The position numbers and the translations under genes are program-made. A model generated the notes under the pieces. The model was given only the letters and a program-made list of their open reading frames with translations. It was not told the origin of the DNA and made no database searches. A DNA stretch of 64,000 nucleotides, from positions 62,001 to 126,000 of the forward strand of contig NW_026853488.1 of assembly GCF_026571515.1 (NCBI RefSeq). Direction: 5' to 3'. Positions 25,227 to 38,376 of this stretch are shown piece after piece. This DNA is from Ruditapes philippinarum (lineage: Eukaryota). Every line of letters starts with the position of its first letter. The stretch's first letter is position 1.

Positions 25227-26455
25227 CCCCGCCCGGTCATTTAAATTTGTTAATTCTCGACTTTTCGCTCGCCAGGATTGCGGGACGAAAACACGAATGG
25301 TACAAATCAGCCACCACAATCTTCAGAAAAAGTTGTATTTTCTCATAAAGACATACATACGTGAAATATATATACTTTTACTTTAAAGTGGACGCAAACC
25401 ATTACATTGGATGAAAAATTAGGGCAACACATAATATAATATTCTTGACGTAATGGTCATCTTGCTTGACAAAATTATAATAAAAGTGTCAGACCGGTTA
25501 ATTACAATTAACGTATTAGCCGCATGACTAACAGGTAATGCCCATGTTTTTGCATTTCATTAATTTAACTACAGTACCTTTATTTACAAAATCAAGAAAA
25601 TAGTATCTATAAGCTGAAACATAATATTAACCTATCAAAATGGCCAAAGGAAGACCAAAAAATAACACTTGTGCCAATATGCAGTTTATATTTCTTTTAT
25701 GAAACAAAAATACTTTCCAGTGAAAGTCTGGATGATGGACATCGTGCATAATTTCAGCATGTTGGAAACAATACATATATTTTGTATTACTAGTCACTGA
25801 CGAGAGGTTCTGTCTTTGTTTCTGTGACTTGTAGAACCATTTTTCAAATTTTTTTTTTGTTATTGATAATTTATTGATCTTTATTCAGACTGTAACCTGT
25901 GTACGCATTTTTTATTCTATATTTCTGTTTAATAGTTTGTTTATTAGTTCGAATTCTACACGTTTTGTTTCTGTATGTTATGTCAGACAAAAGTCCGAAA
26001 AATACAATACAATGACCGGTTGTCATGAAACTGGTCTGCGAACACAGCAATAACAAATTACTACTGGATTTATTTTTAAACTTTTCCCGTTATTACAGTA
26101 AGTGATACAATAAATGACTAATCTTTATTAAGATGACCGCTTTAAAATCAATTTGTTATGTCTACATTTTTGTAGTCTATTCATAAAAAAATATTTGACC
26201 GCGCGGTCAGCGGCATTACTTACCCCGCGGTCTAATCGGCCGACACATTACAGTTAAAACCGTCACACTTTTTACCAATACTGCTATGTACAGGTCATGT
26301 AACAGTCACACATTTTAACCGATAATATTAATGTTATTGGCAACCATCATTCGGTTTACAATTTACACAAAAGATTAATAAATGTCAATAATGGTTCTGA
26401 CAAGATTTAAAGACCGTCCTATGTTTTAAACCATACCGGCCTACCTTTTTTTCTC

Positions 26456-26465
26456 TATATAAAAG
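26456..26465 (+). promoter_or_regulatory. TATA box of the FABP gene
   Basis: TATATAAAAG ~100 bp upstream of the ATG, in a consensus context. Confidence 0.65.
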
Positions 26466-26559
26466 CAACAAAATAAGTCGGAATAAGCATTCTGGTCAGT
26501 GCAAGATATTAACAAGTATACGACATTTTTGCTTGATAAAGAGGAATATTTTTAGTGAA

Positions 26560-28988
26560 ATGGCGGCTGAAGTTAAAGCAAAATTTGAGGGTAAATGGAC
26601 TGTCTGTGAATCTGAAAATTTTGAGGCGTTTTTGGAAAAAATGGGTAAGTGCCAGTTATATAAATCCACATTTTATTTAGGATAAAATCAAAACTAATGT
26701 GTTTTATTAAACGTATGATTTTCAAGATTGTTTGAAATATGGTACTATTCTATATATCACGATGAAATATATATGGAAAGCGGGATAAATATATTATATT
26801 TCGGTTAATATCATAAATGCTAAATATCTGAATATGATGAATTTTTGTATAAATGTTTGATTTTTGTTTGTTTGTTTTTTTTTGTTTGTTTTGTTTTGTT
26901 TTTGTAAATGTTGTACCCTTTACGAGTATATCTTACTCTGACACATAATCAGATTCAAGTACATTAAATTGAAGCAATAAAACAACTATAACAATAACAA
27001 ATTTCACAAAACCGCCAAAAGAAAAAAAAAGCAAAAAAAAAATAAATAAATAAAATAAAATAAATCAGTATTAGATTTGCTTTTATTTATGTTTAAGGTG
27101 TTTTCAAACAATATTGCAAGATTAATAACCGGTTTAGTTTAATATAATGTTTTTTTGTTTGTTTTTTTGTGTGGGTTTTTTTCCTTGATTTTTTTAATCA
27201 CATGATGTACATATACTGCAAGAAGTTCTTTAAATGTGAAACAGAGAGAACACTAACCTTTAATAGGGTCTACGTCCGAATTTTATGTTGGGAGCTTGTT
27301 TAAAGTCTGTCAGTTTTGTCCCTTGCTGTATTTAATACTGAAAATATTTCAATATTCAGGAGTGAATATTGTGAAGAAGAAGATTGCACTTCAAGTAAAG
27401 CCGTCGTTAGAGCTCAGCGTGGATGGGGACAAGATTTCTATTAATATATCTGCTGGACCAGTTACAAATAAAGTGTCATTCCAACTTGGAGAAACATTTA
27501 AGACAGATGCAGAATATACTGGGCAGGTAAATAAAACATTTGCTATATGATATTTTATTCAGCAAATATTATACAATAAACGTGTTGGTGCCGGATTTTT
27601 AAGTAAACATGTACATGTATATTCTATAAAATAACTATTGCTTTGAAATACATAATGAATTAAATGCTTTAATTATTTGCTATATCGGCTAGCATGCAAG
27701 TAGTTGTTAAGTTACTTTCTGTTATACATTCAAACGAAATTGTTTTGGTTCGTTGTAATCAATGTCATACTGACATCAATTTTTGTTTCGTGAAAACTCG
27801 GCATATGTCGGCTTTCACAACAATTATACCACAGTACTACTAGTTTCAAAGATCGCGTCAACCACCAGATCGCAAAATAAATGAGTAGATGAAAGTGACA
27901 TTTATGGAAATAATGAGATCTTCTCAAGAGCAATGAAATCAAAATTCAATTGACGAACATTGCATATTCGTTTAACCGAGTCTGCTCATAAGATAAAGGA
28001 AAGTGGGACATTCACATCCCCCCGGCACCGGCGTATGCAGTATTCAGTCGCCAACACTACAAGTAATTGATTCAATGATCCCGAATGTTCAGAAAAAAGT
28101 ATCATACTATTCAGATATAGTATGGAATCCAGTTCCCATACAGCACTTAAAATACTTTTTTGGCGTATACTTCAAAGAATTGTTTGTTCCTCTTATATAA
28201 ACTGATGTGCACAACTCTGTTTTATTATTAATTGCAGGCTGTCACGGAATTTACAGATGGTAAATTAGTCACAAAAGGATCACCTAACGAGGGGAAATTA
28301 AAAGGAGAAACGGTCACAGTTGTGAGAGAAATAAGTGGAGATCAGCTTATTCAGGTAAGCTTTACAATGAAAACATAAATTATATCTTTATATCATAATT
28401 AAAGAAATGAACGATAGATGTTCACACAAAACAGCCACCGCATCGTTCCTAGGCAGGCTGTCAATCAGTTTATCAGTATTAATTGCCTTCATTTTCGCAA
28501 GGAACATATAACTACCGTACATGCAAGAGTAGAGGTACGTACAGTGCGAGTGACCGTAGAAAGGATTTCATGATCAATCACAACGAAAATGATATACCGT
28601 CCGGGAATCGAACCCGGTCGCACGATTCACGGTCCAACGCTCTACCTATTGAGTCAACCGGACGGCTTTATAGTATTTTGAAAATGAAATCCCTTTGAAT
28701 GGGCTGTTCCAAATTCAAAGCAAGGCAAATTCATTTCATAAATTAAGCAAGTTAAGCATTGAAAGCTACGTGCAGCCAGACTGACATTGCTTTTTGATGT
28801 ACATGTTACATTTGCATAACATAATTGTACGACATTCTATAACATTAATTCAAATAAATTATATTATTTATAATACAAAATCATTCATCCCCATTTATAG
28901 CAATTTTATTCATATGGACATTTTTCTGTTGCAGACGATGTCAGTTGGTGACGTCACAGCTAAACGTATCTTCAAGAAAGCAAAATAG
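26560..28988 (+). CDS. Fatty acid-binding protein / intracellular lipid-binding protein, 140 aa; exons 26560-26644, 27360-27526, 28238-28354, 28935-28988
   Basis: FEGKWxxxESENFEAFLEKMGV, FQLGETF, DGKLV, VVREISGDQLIQTMSVGDVTAKRIFKK. Canonical 4-exon/3-intron FABP layout with phases 1,0,0; AATAAA at 29127. Confidence 0.93.
28400..28666 (-). mobile_element. tRNA-derived SINE in FABP intron 3 (possibly Meta-domain type, unverified)
   Basis: Minus head gccgtccggttgactcaataggtagagcg...gggttcgattcccgg has A and B boxes, followed by a non-tRNA body. Confidence 0.65.
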
Positions 28989-30113
28989 ATCTTTTTGTTA
29001 TGAAGATTCTGCAATTTAATAGAGGACTGTACATTTATTTATCACACATGTTTCTAACATACTCGTATAAAAATGTCTGCATCAACATTGTTACAATGTA
29101 CAATTAAGGACGGAGATACGTGTGAAAATAAAAAGACTAACTTATAAATATTAATATTGCAAATTATTACATGTATATTTTTTAACCTTTTTTTTGTGTG
29201 ATTGCAAGGCTTTCAGATGTTCAAACAAATAAGTAATGATGGCAAGGCTTTCAGATGTTAAAAAACACATTCAAATATATATAGTTCATTTAAATGAAGT
29301 TTAATTAATTTATTGCATTTCCAACCGCTGCAATTTTATTTCAATTTGACGGCATTTTAAACAGCTGATGATAGGCACTATTTTTATAAGAGTGTTGTCA
29401 AGTAATTAAAGTGCGTAATTGCAAGCTGGATGATTGTTTTTAGACTCTGAAAAATATAATGTTGCTAATGCAAAGTTTCAATGTTCATGTCATTCACTAA
29501 ATTATTTATAGGTTAGTGATTATCTCAAGAGCTGCTCAACCGATTAAATTTGTAAATATTTACTAATGAAGACTTACAAATTCGATTTTATAAACAATAA
29601 ATTCACTAGACTGCTTTTACCAAAATAGATATGTTACGATTCATTTTGAAATATTGCAGTTTATTACTATTGGACAATAATAATTTCAGACAATGTTTAA
29701 ATTGTTAAAATCAAAAACATTTTTTAAACTGTTTTATTGTGACTCCTTTTATAATTGGTATACTAATGTTATAACAATTAACGACTTCTAATCCTTTATA
29801 ATTTCACTAAGTGAAGACATTTTTTCCTGCAATATCAGTATTTACTTCAGTTGTTAAATCATGTAACATTAAATTATGACTATATCAATTCATTCACCAC
29901 ATGTCCAGTATGTGCAATTACGTACATTTATTTATATATGTAAATCTCATTGTTTTTATACTGATGTTTTTTTTTCTAGACCAAAGGTCTTTATTTTTAC
30001 TTAAATAAAGTTGTATGAATTAATGACTGTTGTTATTGTTGTGATATACTGGTGTAACAGCCAGCAGTTGATAATGACACTGTTGCTGGTAGGAAGAAGT
30101 TAGAAAACTGCTT

Positions 30114-30306
30114 GCGGCATGGCCGAGTGGTTAAAGTGTCGAACTAGTCATCACGGGATCCCTAGTCGCGTGAGCATGTCGTTATTTCCTTGAGCAAGAT
30201 ACTTTTCACTCATTGCTCTATATATACACTGGTTTGTTCGAAAGTGTTTCTATGAGCTTATAGCTTCCTACAGTACCGAACTTGAATAAAGTATGTATAA
30301 ACTAAA
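30114..30306 (+). mobile_element. tRNA-derived SINE with CORE/V-like domain
   Basis: A box tggccgagtggtt, conserved tccttgagcaagatactt motif, taaactaaa tail. Confidence 0.6.
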
Positions 30307-31483
30307 GCTGCATGGCCACTGACCAGTATCCATATCAGTATCCGGCAGTTATACATATCGGAGTTTACACCACCTTTACCTTACAAGGAATCAAACAAAA
30401 ACAACAAAATGGAAAATGTTGCAGGCTCGGTTTTATTGAGCAGCAGTGATAAATACAATATATCCTTCACGTCCCCGGCACCAGATTTCTTAACTAGGCT
30501 TTTTTATCTTACGTTGGAGTTTCATAGTGCATTTACGGTATTATTTTTTTATATAAAGAACAATGTAAATTGGCACCATATAATTATATATATATTTAAA
30601 GCTACATATTTGAATTCATTAAACTTTCGTGTTATCTAAAAACAGGAATATTTAAGCGACAAACAAATTGGGGCATCGATTTCATTTTCGACTTATCTGT
30701 CCTTGAATTTGAATTTTTTGTTAATTTATGTCAATAATTGATACATAATCTTAAAAACCTTATTTTGCTATTGGTTTATATTTGTCATTATATCTTTGGT
30801 CATAATAGTACATTATTTCTTGAAATTCCATTTATCATCTGTATTCCCTTCATCAGGTTTAAGTACAGGCACTGTAAGTTCCTTAAAATATGTATTTCGT
30901 TAAAATAAACTAAACAAACTATATATTACTAAAAGTTGAAATTTTGTATCATTACTCAAATGGAAGTTAGCTTCATGAAATGCAAGAAAGGCATTGGTGA
31001 CCTTGATTGTGAATAAGAACAATTTTCAAATTGAGGGGCAGATAACTCGAAAACGATATCGGAGGCCAAGTTCATTTTCGCTGAAACTTTTCTGTTTTGA
31101 TATTCTAAGATCATGTTAAGCTCAGATAAATTCAACTTTGTTTCAATATTGCTATATGTAACCCTAGCATACGTATTTAAGTTCAATTTATTGTGTTTGT
31201 ATTTAAACATAAAATATTGTCTGGCAGTTGGACAATATATTATATTTGAATAAACTCATTGCGTTTCTTTTAACTTTTATGCCGTTATTTTGACTGTTCA
31301 TGTTAATAAAAATATCGTGTATTAGTCTGATTTTATTGACCTGTCAATTACGAATACATTATAGCACTCATTTAAATATTCGATCCCACTTCGGTTTTTT
31401 CCGTTTATTTTACGAGAATTAATATGGAGTATATCACTTACGTTTGGAAAACCCTCACTAGATTAATGTAGGTTCTTGTAACA

Positions 31484-31546
31484 TCCGCAATAGCACAGTC
31501 GGTTAAGTGATTACCTAATGCATGAGGGGTCTGAGGTTCGATCCCC
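31484..31546 (+). mobile_element. tRNA-like/SINE head remnant
   Basis: tagcacagtcggtt (A box) and ggttcgatccc (B box); no foldable cloverleaf. Confidence 0.4.
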
Positions 31547-32341
31547 TTTTTTGACATTCGTTTTAGACTTATTCTTTCTTTATTTTTAAGAATATTTTAA
31601 TGAAAATGGTCAAGCGCTTTCAATTTGTCTACACGGATATGAACCAAATAAGAGACACTGAATTGTCACATTTTATATTGTATAATTACATTTATTGATT
31701 TTAATCGGAATGAATTTTCAGTATTAATTCTTAAACATTGTTATATACAAATGTATAGTATTTACAAAAAGGTGCAAAATATATTAAAAACGGAACAACC
31801 ATAACTTAAAAAACATGTTGAAAATGGTTATGAATAAAAAAAATACTGGACATACTCTGTCTCGATCCTACAACACGTTGAACATTCAGATAAAATATAC
31901 CTGTGGTTTACCCAATTGCACTATAACGGTCAGTGTAACTAATTCATAAAAAACAAGATGAATTTAATCACATCTTACTGCGCACATCTCACGGAATTTA
32001 CCGAACATTTATCGAATATTAATATATTCTGTGCATTGACCGTATAATCAGTATGGAATTGACAGGTTAATAAAATCAAACAATATAGTATACCAAAAAA
32101 AAAACCCACAATATTTTGTGTATATCAAAATAAACAAGATGAAATCTGTAACCAATAATCGCAACATACATGTATAATAGCATTTGATATATACATGTAG
32201 ATATCTTAATCCAAATGGACAGAAATTCGATAACAAAGACTAGACTTTTATCAAAAATAAAATCTGATGACACTGTATAATTATTTGTATTTTCATTTAT
32301 GTAATGACAATATTGTCTCGACTTCCGTTGTAATGTAATTT

Positions 32342-35300
32342 TCATATTTTTGCTGAAACAACAGACGCAGCTTCATTCGACCTGAGAACTGAGATTGCGT
32401 CAAACACGTCAACGAAAACGCTACTCCGAGAATAGGACTCGAAAAAGTCGCTAGCTTCAAAAGTTTTACCAACGTTTTCAGAGATTGCAACGAAGTAAAC
32501 GCTGACATCTACCGTAGTGTATTCTTTGATGATTTGTTGCAGAGCAGCTATTCCTGCCATATCGATGTAGTGTACCTTTGAGAAGTCAAGTACCAACGAT
32601 TTCAGTTGTATGTCCAAAGGATCTGCTGTATATTTCCCCTCATCCTCGAGAAACTTGCTGTCTCCTACAGCGACTTCTTCTTCATCCATTATCTTAACCA
32701 AATTTTCCAATTTCTGCATTTTCTTCAGGTACTTTTTGGGATTTAAAACTTGTCGGAAGATCTGAAACTTCATCCTCTCAGCAGTCGCAAAATATAAATT
32801 TGTTGGAATTTTAAAGATCTTAACTCCGCTTATATCTCTTACTTGTGTATTATCTGTATATTTGATCACGATATCTTCCGATTTGGAAAGGCCAATCAAA
32901 TGTCCAGTCGACAATTGGTCAATTATAACGGTTAGAAAGATTGAGATTCCAACCCCAGCAATGATACCATAGTTCAAGTCAACGAGAATACTAACAGAGT
33001 TTGTCACAACCCAAATAATAAAGTCATATTTGTTTATTTTCCAAATTCGTGGTAGGTTTCTGTACTGAAGGAGAAGATCTTTCATGGAAACTATAATCAT
33101 TGCTGCGAGAACACTAAGTGGTAGTGACACAAATAACTGTCCAATGACAAGAATCACCAGCAGGAAAAATACGGAAGTAGCGATGGCATTTAGCGTCGTC
33201 CTAGCACCAAGTGAACTTAGAATCATCGTCCTAGGTGGCGCTGTAGCTTGCGGGAAACAATGGAAGAAACCTGACACAAAATTAGCGGCACCGTATGCAA
33301 TTAGTTCTTGGTTATCATCAATTGGTAAACCGTGTTTGTTTGAACAAAGCTTTGCCATTGAAATACTCATAGCTAGTGACAATATCGCCATGACAAAAGC
33401 GTCGCTCATGTAATTACTTGCGTTACTGAAGTCAGGTACAGCCGGCCTTGTGAAACCGCTTGGTATTTCTCCAACAATTGTTACATCGAATTTATCCTCA
33501 AACTTTGCAAAATGTGATATAAATGTCGCAATAACTACCACAATAAGGTCAATTGGAATTGGCATCTTCATCTTTTTATTGAATCGCTCATTGATACATA
33601 TCTTCACAACCAACAACACAATCATACAAATAACTGCTATAATTATTTCAACTACTTTTGTGTCTGCAATTTTACTGAAAAGATCTATATACATAAGCAC
33701 CAATTTTCCAGCTCCTGCAAACGCCTTGACCTTAATTCCAAATATCTTAGGCACTTGGCTGGATGCGATGTGAAATGCAGCTGCGGAAGTAAATCCACCG
33801 ACAAATGAAACAGACAAATACGAAGTGATTATACCAAGTTTCAGAAGTCCCATTGCCATTAGAATTATACCAACAAGTACACAACACGCCATTGAAGCAC
33901 CGATTTTAACGTCCATAATCTCGTCTTCAGTAGGCAGAGTTCCGTTATGATTACTTTTGAATGAAGCAGTGAAAGAATCAGCTTCTCTTTCTACCACCGT
34001 CTGTGTAAGCAATGCCATTACAGCGTTGGTTCCAAACGATATATAAGGCGATGTTCCAAACAATAGATATACAAGCACCGGGAAGAATGTAGAATATAAG
34101 CCATGGACTGGTCGTAGTGAAGCAAGAATGCCAAATCCCATTGCTTGAGGAAGGTGCATGAAGCTGACTGTGAGGCCAGACAAAGCATCTCCAAGAATAT
34201 ATTGCTTCAACTTGTACTGACGTATAAATCCAACAACTGGGAGGTAAGACCCAAGAATCTTTCCGACTTTTCTTTTCGAACAAGTCATGGACTTCTTGAT
34301 TTCATCAAAGACACTAATGTTTTCTCCCCCATCATTGTATTTGGCAGTATATGCCTGGAGAGTATAGATTTGTCTTTTTAGGGTGATTGTGTTCGTTTGT
34401 CCGTCGTCCATATTTTCACAAACGCTTGTCATGAAGTGTTCCTGAAAAACAAAATTATCTTCAGATTTCTGTTAAAACAAATGAAAGCATTGTTGCAATA
34501 CACTTTGCTCATCTAATGAAAAATCTCTTTTTTTTTAACTTTGCTTTGTTTTCATTTTTAAGTCAATAACATGTACATTATATTATACGCATATAAAACG
34601 TTTTTAGTTTTTAACAAATTATCGGATTAAAATACTTGTATTATAGTCTTAAAATTGCCTTTACAGGATTAGATAAAATTGTAGTAGATTTCGGGAATAA
34701 CAAAATAAACAATTGTGTAAAAACAGTTATATATTCAGATATACGGCTTGTGTTATTACGATATATACTTTGAGTATATATGAATGTTTTTATAACAAAA
34801 TGGGAATAGTTCTCAAAACTTTCGATTCCATTAAAATAATGTTTATTAATGAAATGCGATGACATAGTAATTTGAACATAAGCAAGAACATAATTAACAT
34901 TAGTCAATTAATCAAATACATCAAAACAAAAAAGAAATTAACGCCTCTAATAGCACTTCCACATGTCAGCTGCACTAAAAGAGGTAAATAAAACATATTT
35001 TATTTCTCCCCAGATTGTTAGTTTGTTAAGTAAATCTTCTTATTAAATCCCTGTCCCGTATAAATATTTCAAATGCATTTGTCCCGTATAAATATTTCAA
35101 ATGCATTACATGCATTATAATATATAGTTGTTTCTTAAACGAACACGTGATGAAAACTCATTATTCGCAAAATAAATGCATGCACAAGATAATAATTTAA
35201 ACATGTTACAAAATGTGCGTTACTGATATTTTGCAAATAATTCATCGAAGAGTGTGAACTTAAAGAAATAAAATGCGACGGCAAGTGTGTAGATGGGCTA

Positions 35301-36945
35301 GAAAGCATCGTTTGTCAAATAGTTCGATTCTGTACTACGAGAATATTTCAGAGTTATGAATACAGTTGATGCATAAATAAATGTGGTATCAAGCATGTAA
35401 TGTCAAGATTAGGATTTTTCGTATTATTGGTACTTAAATTTAATATTCATTGAACTGTTCATGTACGGTGCAAACATTTCGTCGAAAGACAGGCCGAATA
35501 CGACGGTTTGTTGAATATGACATTTGGTCGAATACGACAGGTGGCGACACTGAGACTACGACATCTGGTCGAAAATAAATTTTAATCCTACGACAAATTC
35601 TGAGGCGGTCTTGATTACAGTCATGGCTATAATGATAAGTAAATATGAATGATGATCAGCTTGGTCAAAATTTCTATTAAATATAATCAAACATCATATG
35701 AAAAAAGTGAACTATTTCACAAGAAAATATCCATAATCTATTTAATTAAATATTTGGTCACATTTTAGTTACATTCCCCATTGACTGCACCATCCAGTAT
35801 GGCACCGCAACAAGATTATATTAATACCAAACCAACAATGGTTGATCAGAAGTTGATGAATATAGCAATGAATACGTGGAAATGATATCTAAATTGAGAC
35901 GACTTTGTACATTTATGTGCCATAGCCCTCCAAAATATCTTACTAAAAGGAAACTAAATTGTCAAAATTAATCTTTTTTCTTTTCTTCTATACTATATTT
36001 GTTTTATCAAAGTGTTTTAAATAAAATGTATATGATAGTTAACAATATTTTTTATCAGTACTGGACGTACGGGGTATTATTTCAAAAGAAGAAGCTATGT
36101 ACAAGTACATACAGCTGATAAAATATAGTTATATAATCTGGGGTTAAAACACTCTTATCATATCGTAAGGAGCTTCCTGGGGTTTAAAATAACTAGTACA
36201 ATCATATGAAATTTGTGAATAGTTTAATATCTTAGTAACGGTAGTTATTATAGGTTATAACACTCTCTTATAACTCATGTAAGATTTTAATATTTTATAT
36301 AAGTCATTAATGTACATGATGATGATACTCTGATTAATCATCTTAGAAACAATCCAACAACATTAAATTAGTTGCTTACAATATAAAACAAAAAAAAATG
36401 TATTCAGAATTTAAACACATAACTACATTATAGTTTCTGCTACAACCTAGCGTGCATTAACATATTTTTTAAATTGAATGTAAATGTTTAATTTGCTCAT
36501 TGAAATGAGCGTCATATGGAATTCATTTTCCCATAGTTTTTAGCAAAGCCCATCAGCAACCAGTCATAGCGTACGTGTAGCAGGTAAGTTAAAATGCACA
36601 GGTGGAAACTTGGACTGTTACTGAGTCGTGAGAAAGAAACTGTTTTCAGCGTATTGGTCTATATTTAAATTCAAGCACGTTTATTCAAGTATCCACGGTG
36701 ATGCTGATAAGATGTTAAATCAATACGATGTCGCCAACAACATGATAACAACAGTCTATGTTCGATTCAGTGACGTCATCAGAGTTTTTTCTATCAGCCT
36801 AAACTGTAACAGCATGTAGCATCCATATTATGTTCAACATGCAACTATGTGCAACATGCATGCGTTTTTAGTTGCTTAAACTTAATACAATTTAAAAATA
36901 TTAGTGATAAAATGTGACAAAATAACTTACTGTTTCCCCTGCCAT
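32342..36945 (-). CDS. SLC26 family anion transporter (prestin/SLC26A5/A6-like) with STAS domain; main exon 34441..32342 plus a candidate 15-nt first coding exon 36945..36931
   Basis: GDALSGLTV...LPQAMGF, GLYSTFFP, GFTSAAA, IVGEIPSG, NQELIAYGAAN and the STAS motif LDFSKVHYIDMAG. The 696-aa ORF is uninterrupted. Upstream aaaATG GCA GGG GAA ACA|gtaagt splices in phase 0 to tttcag|GAA CAC TTC ATG (the first exon is inferred). Confidence 0.92.
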
Positions 36946-37244
36946 TTTCGTTAAATATTATCCCTAATTATCACTCACAAACTTATCGATGTTTCTGTTC
37001 TAATGTCATACAACATTATCTGTAACATCGAGTAATCACTGTACGCTAACTTGTAAGCGGAATTTTGTCAACTGCTGAGTTAACAAATATATAATGGTGA
37101 TCGATTACAGCTGCATGAAAATCGATTATTGATTAATTACATGTATAAATGTTATGTTATCGATTAAATAACCGACTACACTGATAGAGCTGTGTAATGG
37201 AATACTTTCGATTACTTTGGCAAAAGTAATCGTGATTACATAAT

Positions 37245-38376
37245 CAGGCCTCGACATTAGCGGTGGTCCGTTGGTCCGAGACCACCTGATTTTGGCAAGG
37301 ACCACCTAATTTTAAAAGACACTGGTCCGTCGGACCAGTTGAATTATCTGGTTGGTGAAAGGCTCATTTGGGAGTATGGCGATTTGGTAAAAAAAAAACA
37401 TGTTATATACTTGGTGCTTAAAATCATTTGTCCTATACATGTACATATATACGATTCATTAATCTCTGATTAGTTCAAGACGTTCTTAAGTCATCAATAA
37501 TTTTAATTTTAAGTCGCCAAAAGAGTTAAGATTTTGTTATATTGAATTATGTAGAAAATTCATTCAAATGATGCTTTTGCTAGTAATTATGATATTGTAT
37601 GGGATATCGGATGAACTTAAATTTCAGAAACTTGAATAATGGCATCAAATAAAATGGAATGAAATTCTTTGCTACTTATCTTTATTTTAACGATAAGAGA
37701 TCCATTTCTTCCAGAGTTAAATTACTTCAAAATGTTAAAAATACTCAATGTCAAAAATAAATATCAACCAACAAGCAACAAGGAGGTAAAAATTCTGCTT
37801 TGAGAAAAATTAGTTAAACTATAGTTATATTTAACATTGGTATCATTTTTTATCCTTTAGATATTTCCTTGTTTTTAAAGACAAGAATTAGATAATTTAA
37901 TAGTTTTATTAAAAATGTTAATCTATAAAAGATAATTGATCATGATTATAAGAGTTAGACGCACCATGTATCAGCAATGAATATTTGATTAACAGTAAGA
38001 AAAAAGGCAGACACAAATGGTTTCACTATTCCTTAACTCAAGTTGAGAGAGTAGTCGTTTCAATATAAAAATTAAAATAAAATCGTTATTTATATTGCAT
38101 ATAAATTCGTTTGTTTTATAAGTAACCATCACCAATTTCTCTCAAGCCTATACTGTAACGTTAAATATATCTGTTTTCTTTATTGTAAAGGTTAATAATC
38201 TTTGTCATCAATTCAAAGCTTTTTTTCTAAATCTGCATTCAAAGAGTCAAAATTCAAAAACAATAAAATAATAATATGGTAGTAATAATTGACCACCTGA
38301 CTTCCGGAAGGACCACCTAAATTTCAAATCTAGTGGTCCGGCTTACCACCTGCTAAAAAGTTAGTGTCGAGGCCTG
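37245..38376. mobile_element. 1132 bp non-autonomous DNA transposon, CAGGCCTCGACA TIR, 6-bp TSD CATAAT
   Basis: caggcctcgacatta / tagtgtcgaggcctg; subterminal GACCACC/GGTCCG repeats at both ends; cataat at 37239-37244 and 38377-38382. Confidence 0.88.

Noticed and set aside
28595-28666. tRNA gene candidate (also 30114, 31484, 55490-55568)
   Set aside because: A/B boxes are present but stems do not close and the sequences continue into SINE bodies.
32342-32356. C-terminal PDZ-binding motif on SLC26 (SAKI)
   Set aside because: Position -2 is Ala, so it is not a class I S/T-x-hydrophobic motif.
33084-34381. Plus-strand and alternate-frame ORFs over SLC26
   Set aside because: Antisense or shadow ORFs of a long coding exon.
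35052-35107. 28-bp tandem duplication (also an ~18-bp one at ~29203-29240)
   Set aside because: Ordinary local slippage duplications with no further signal.
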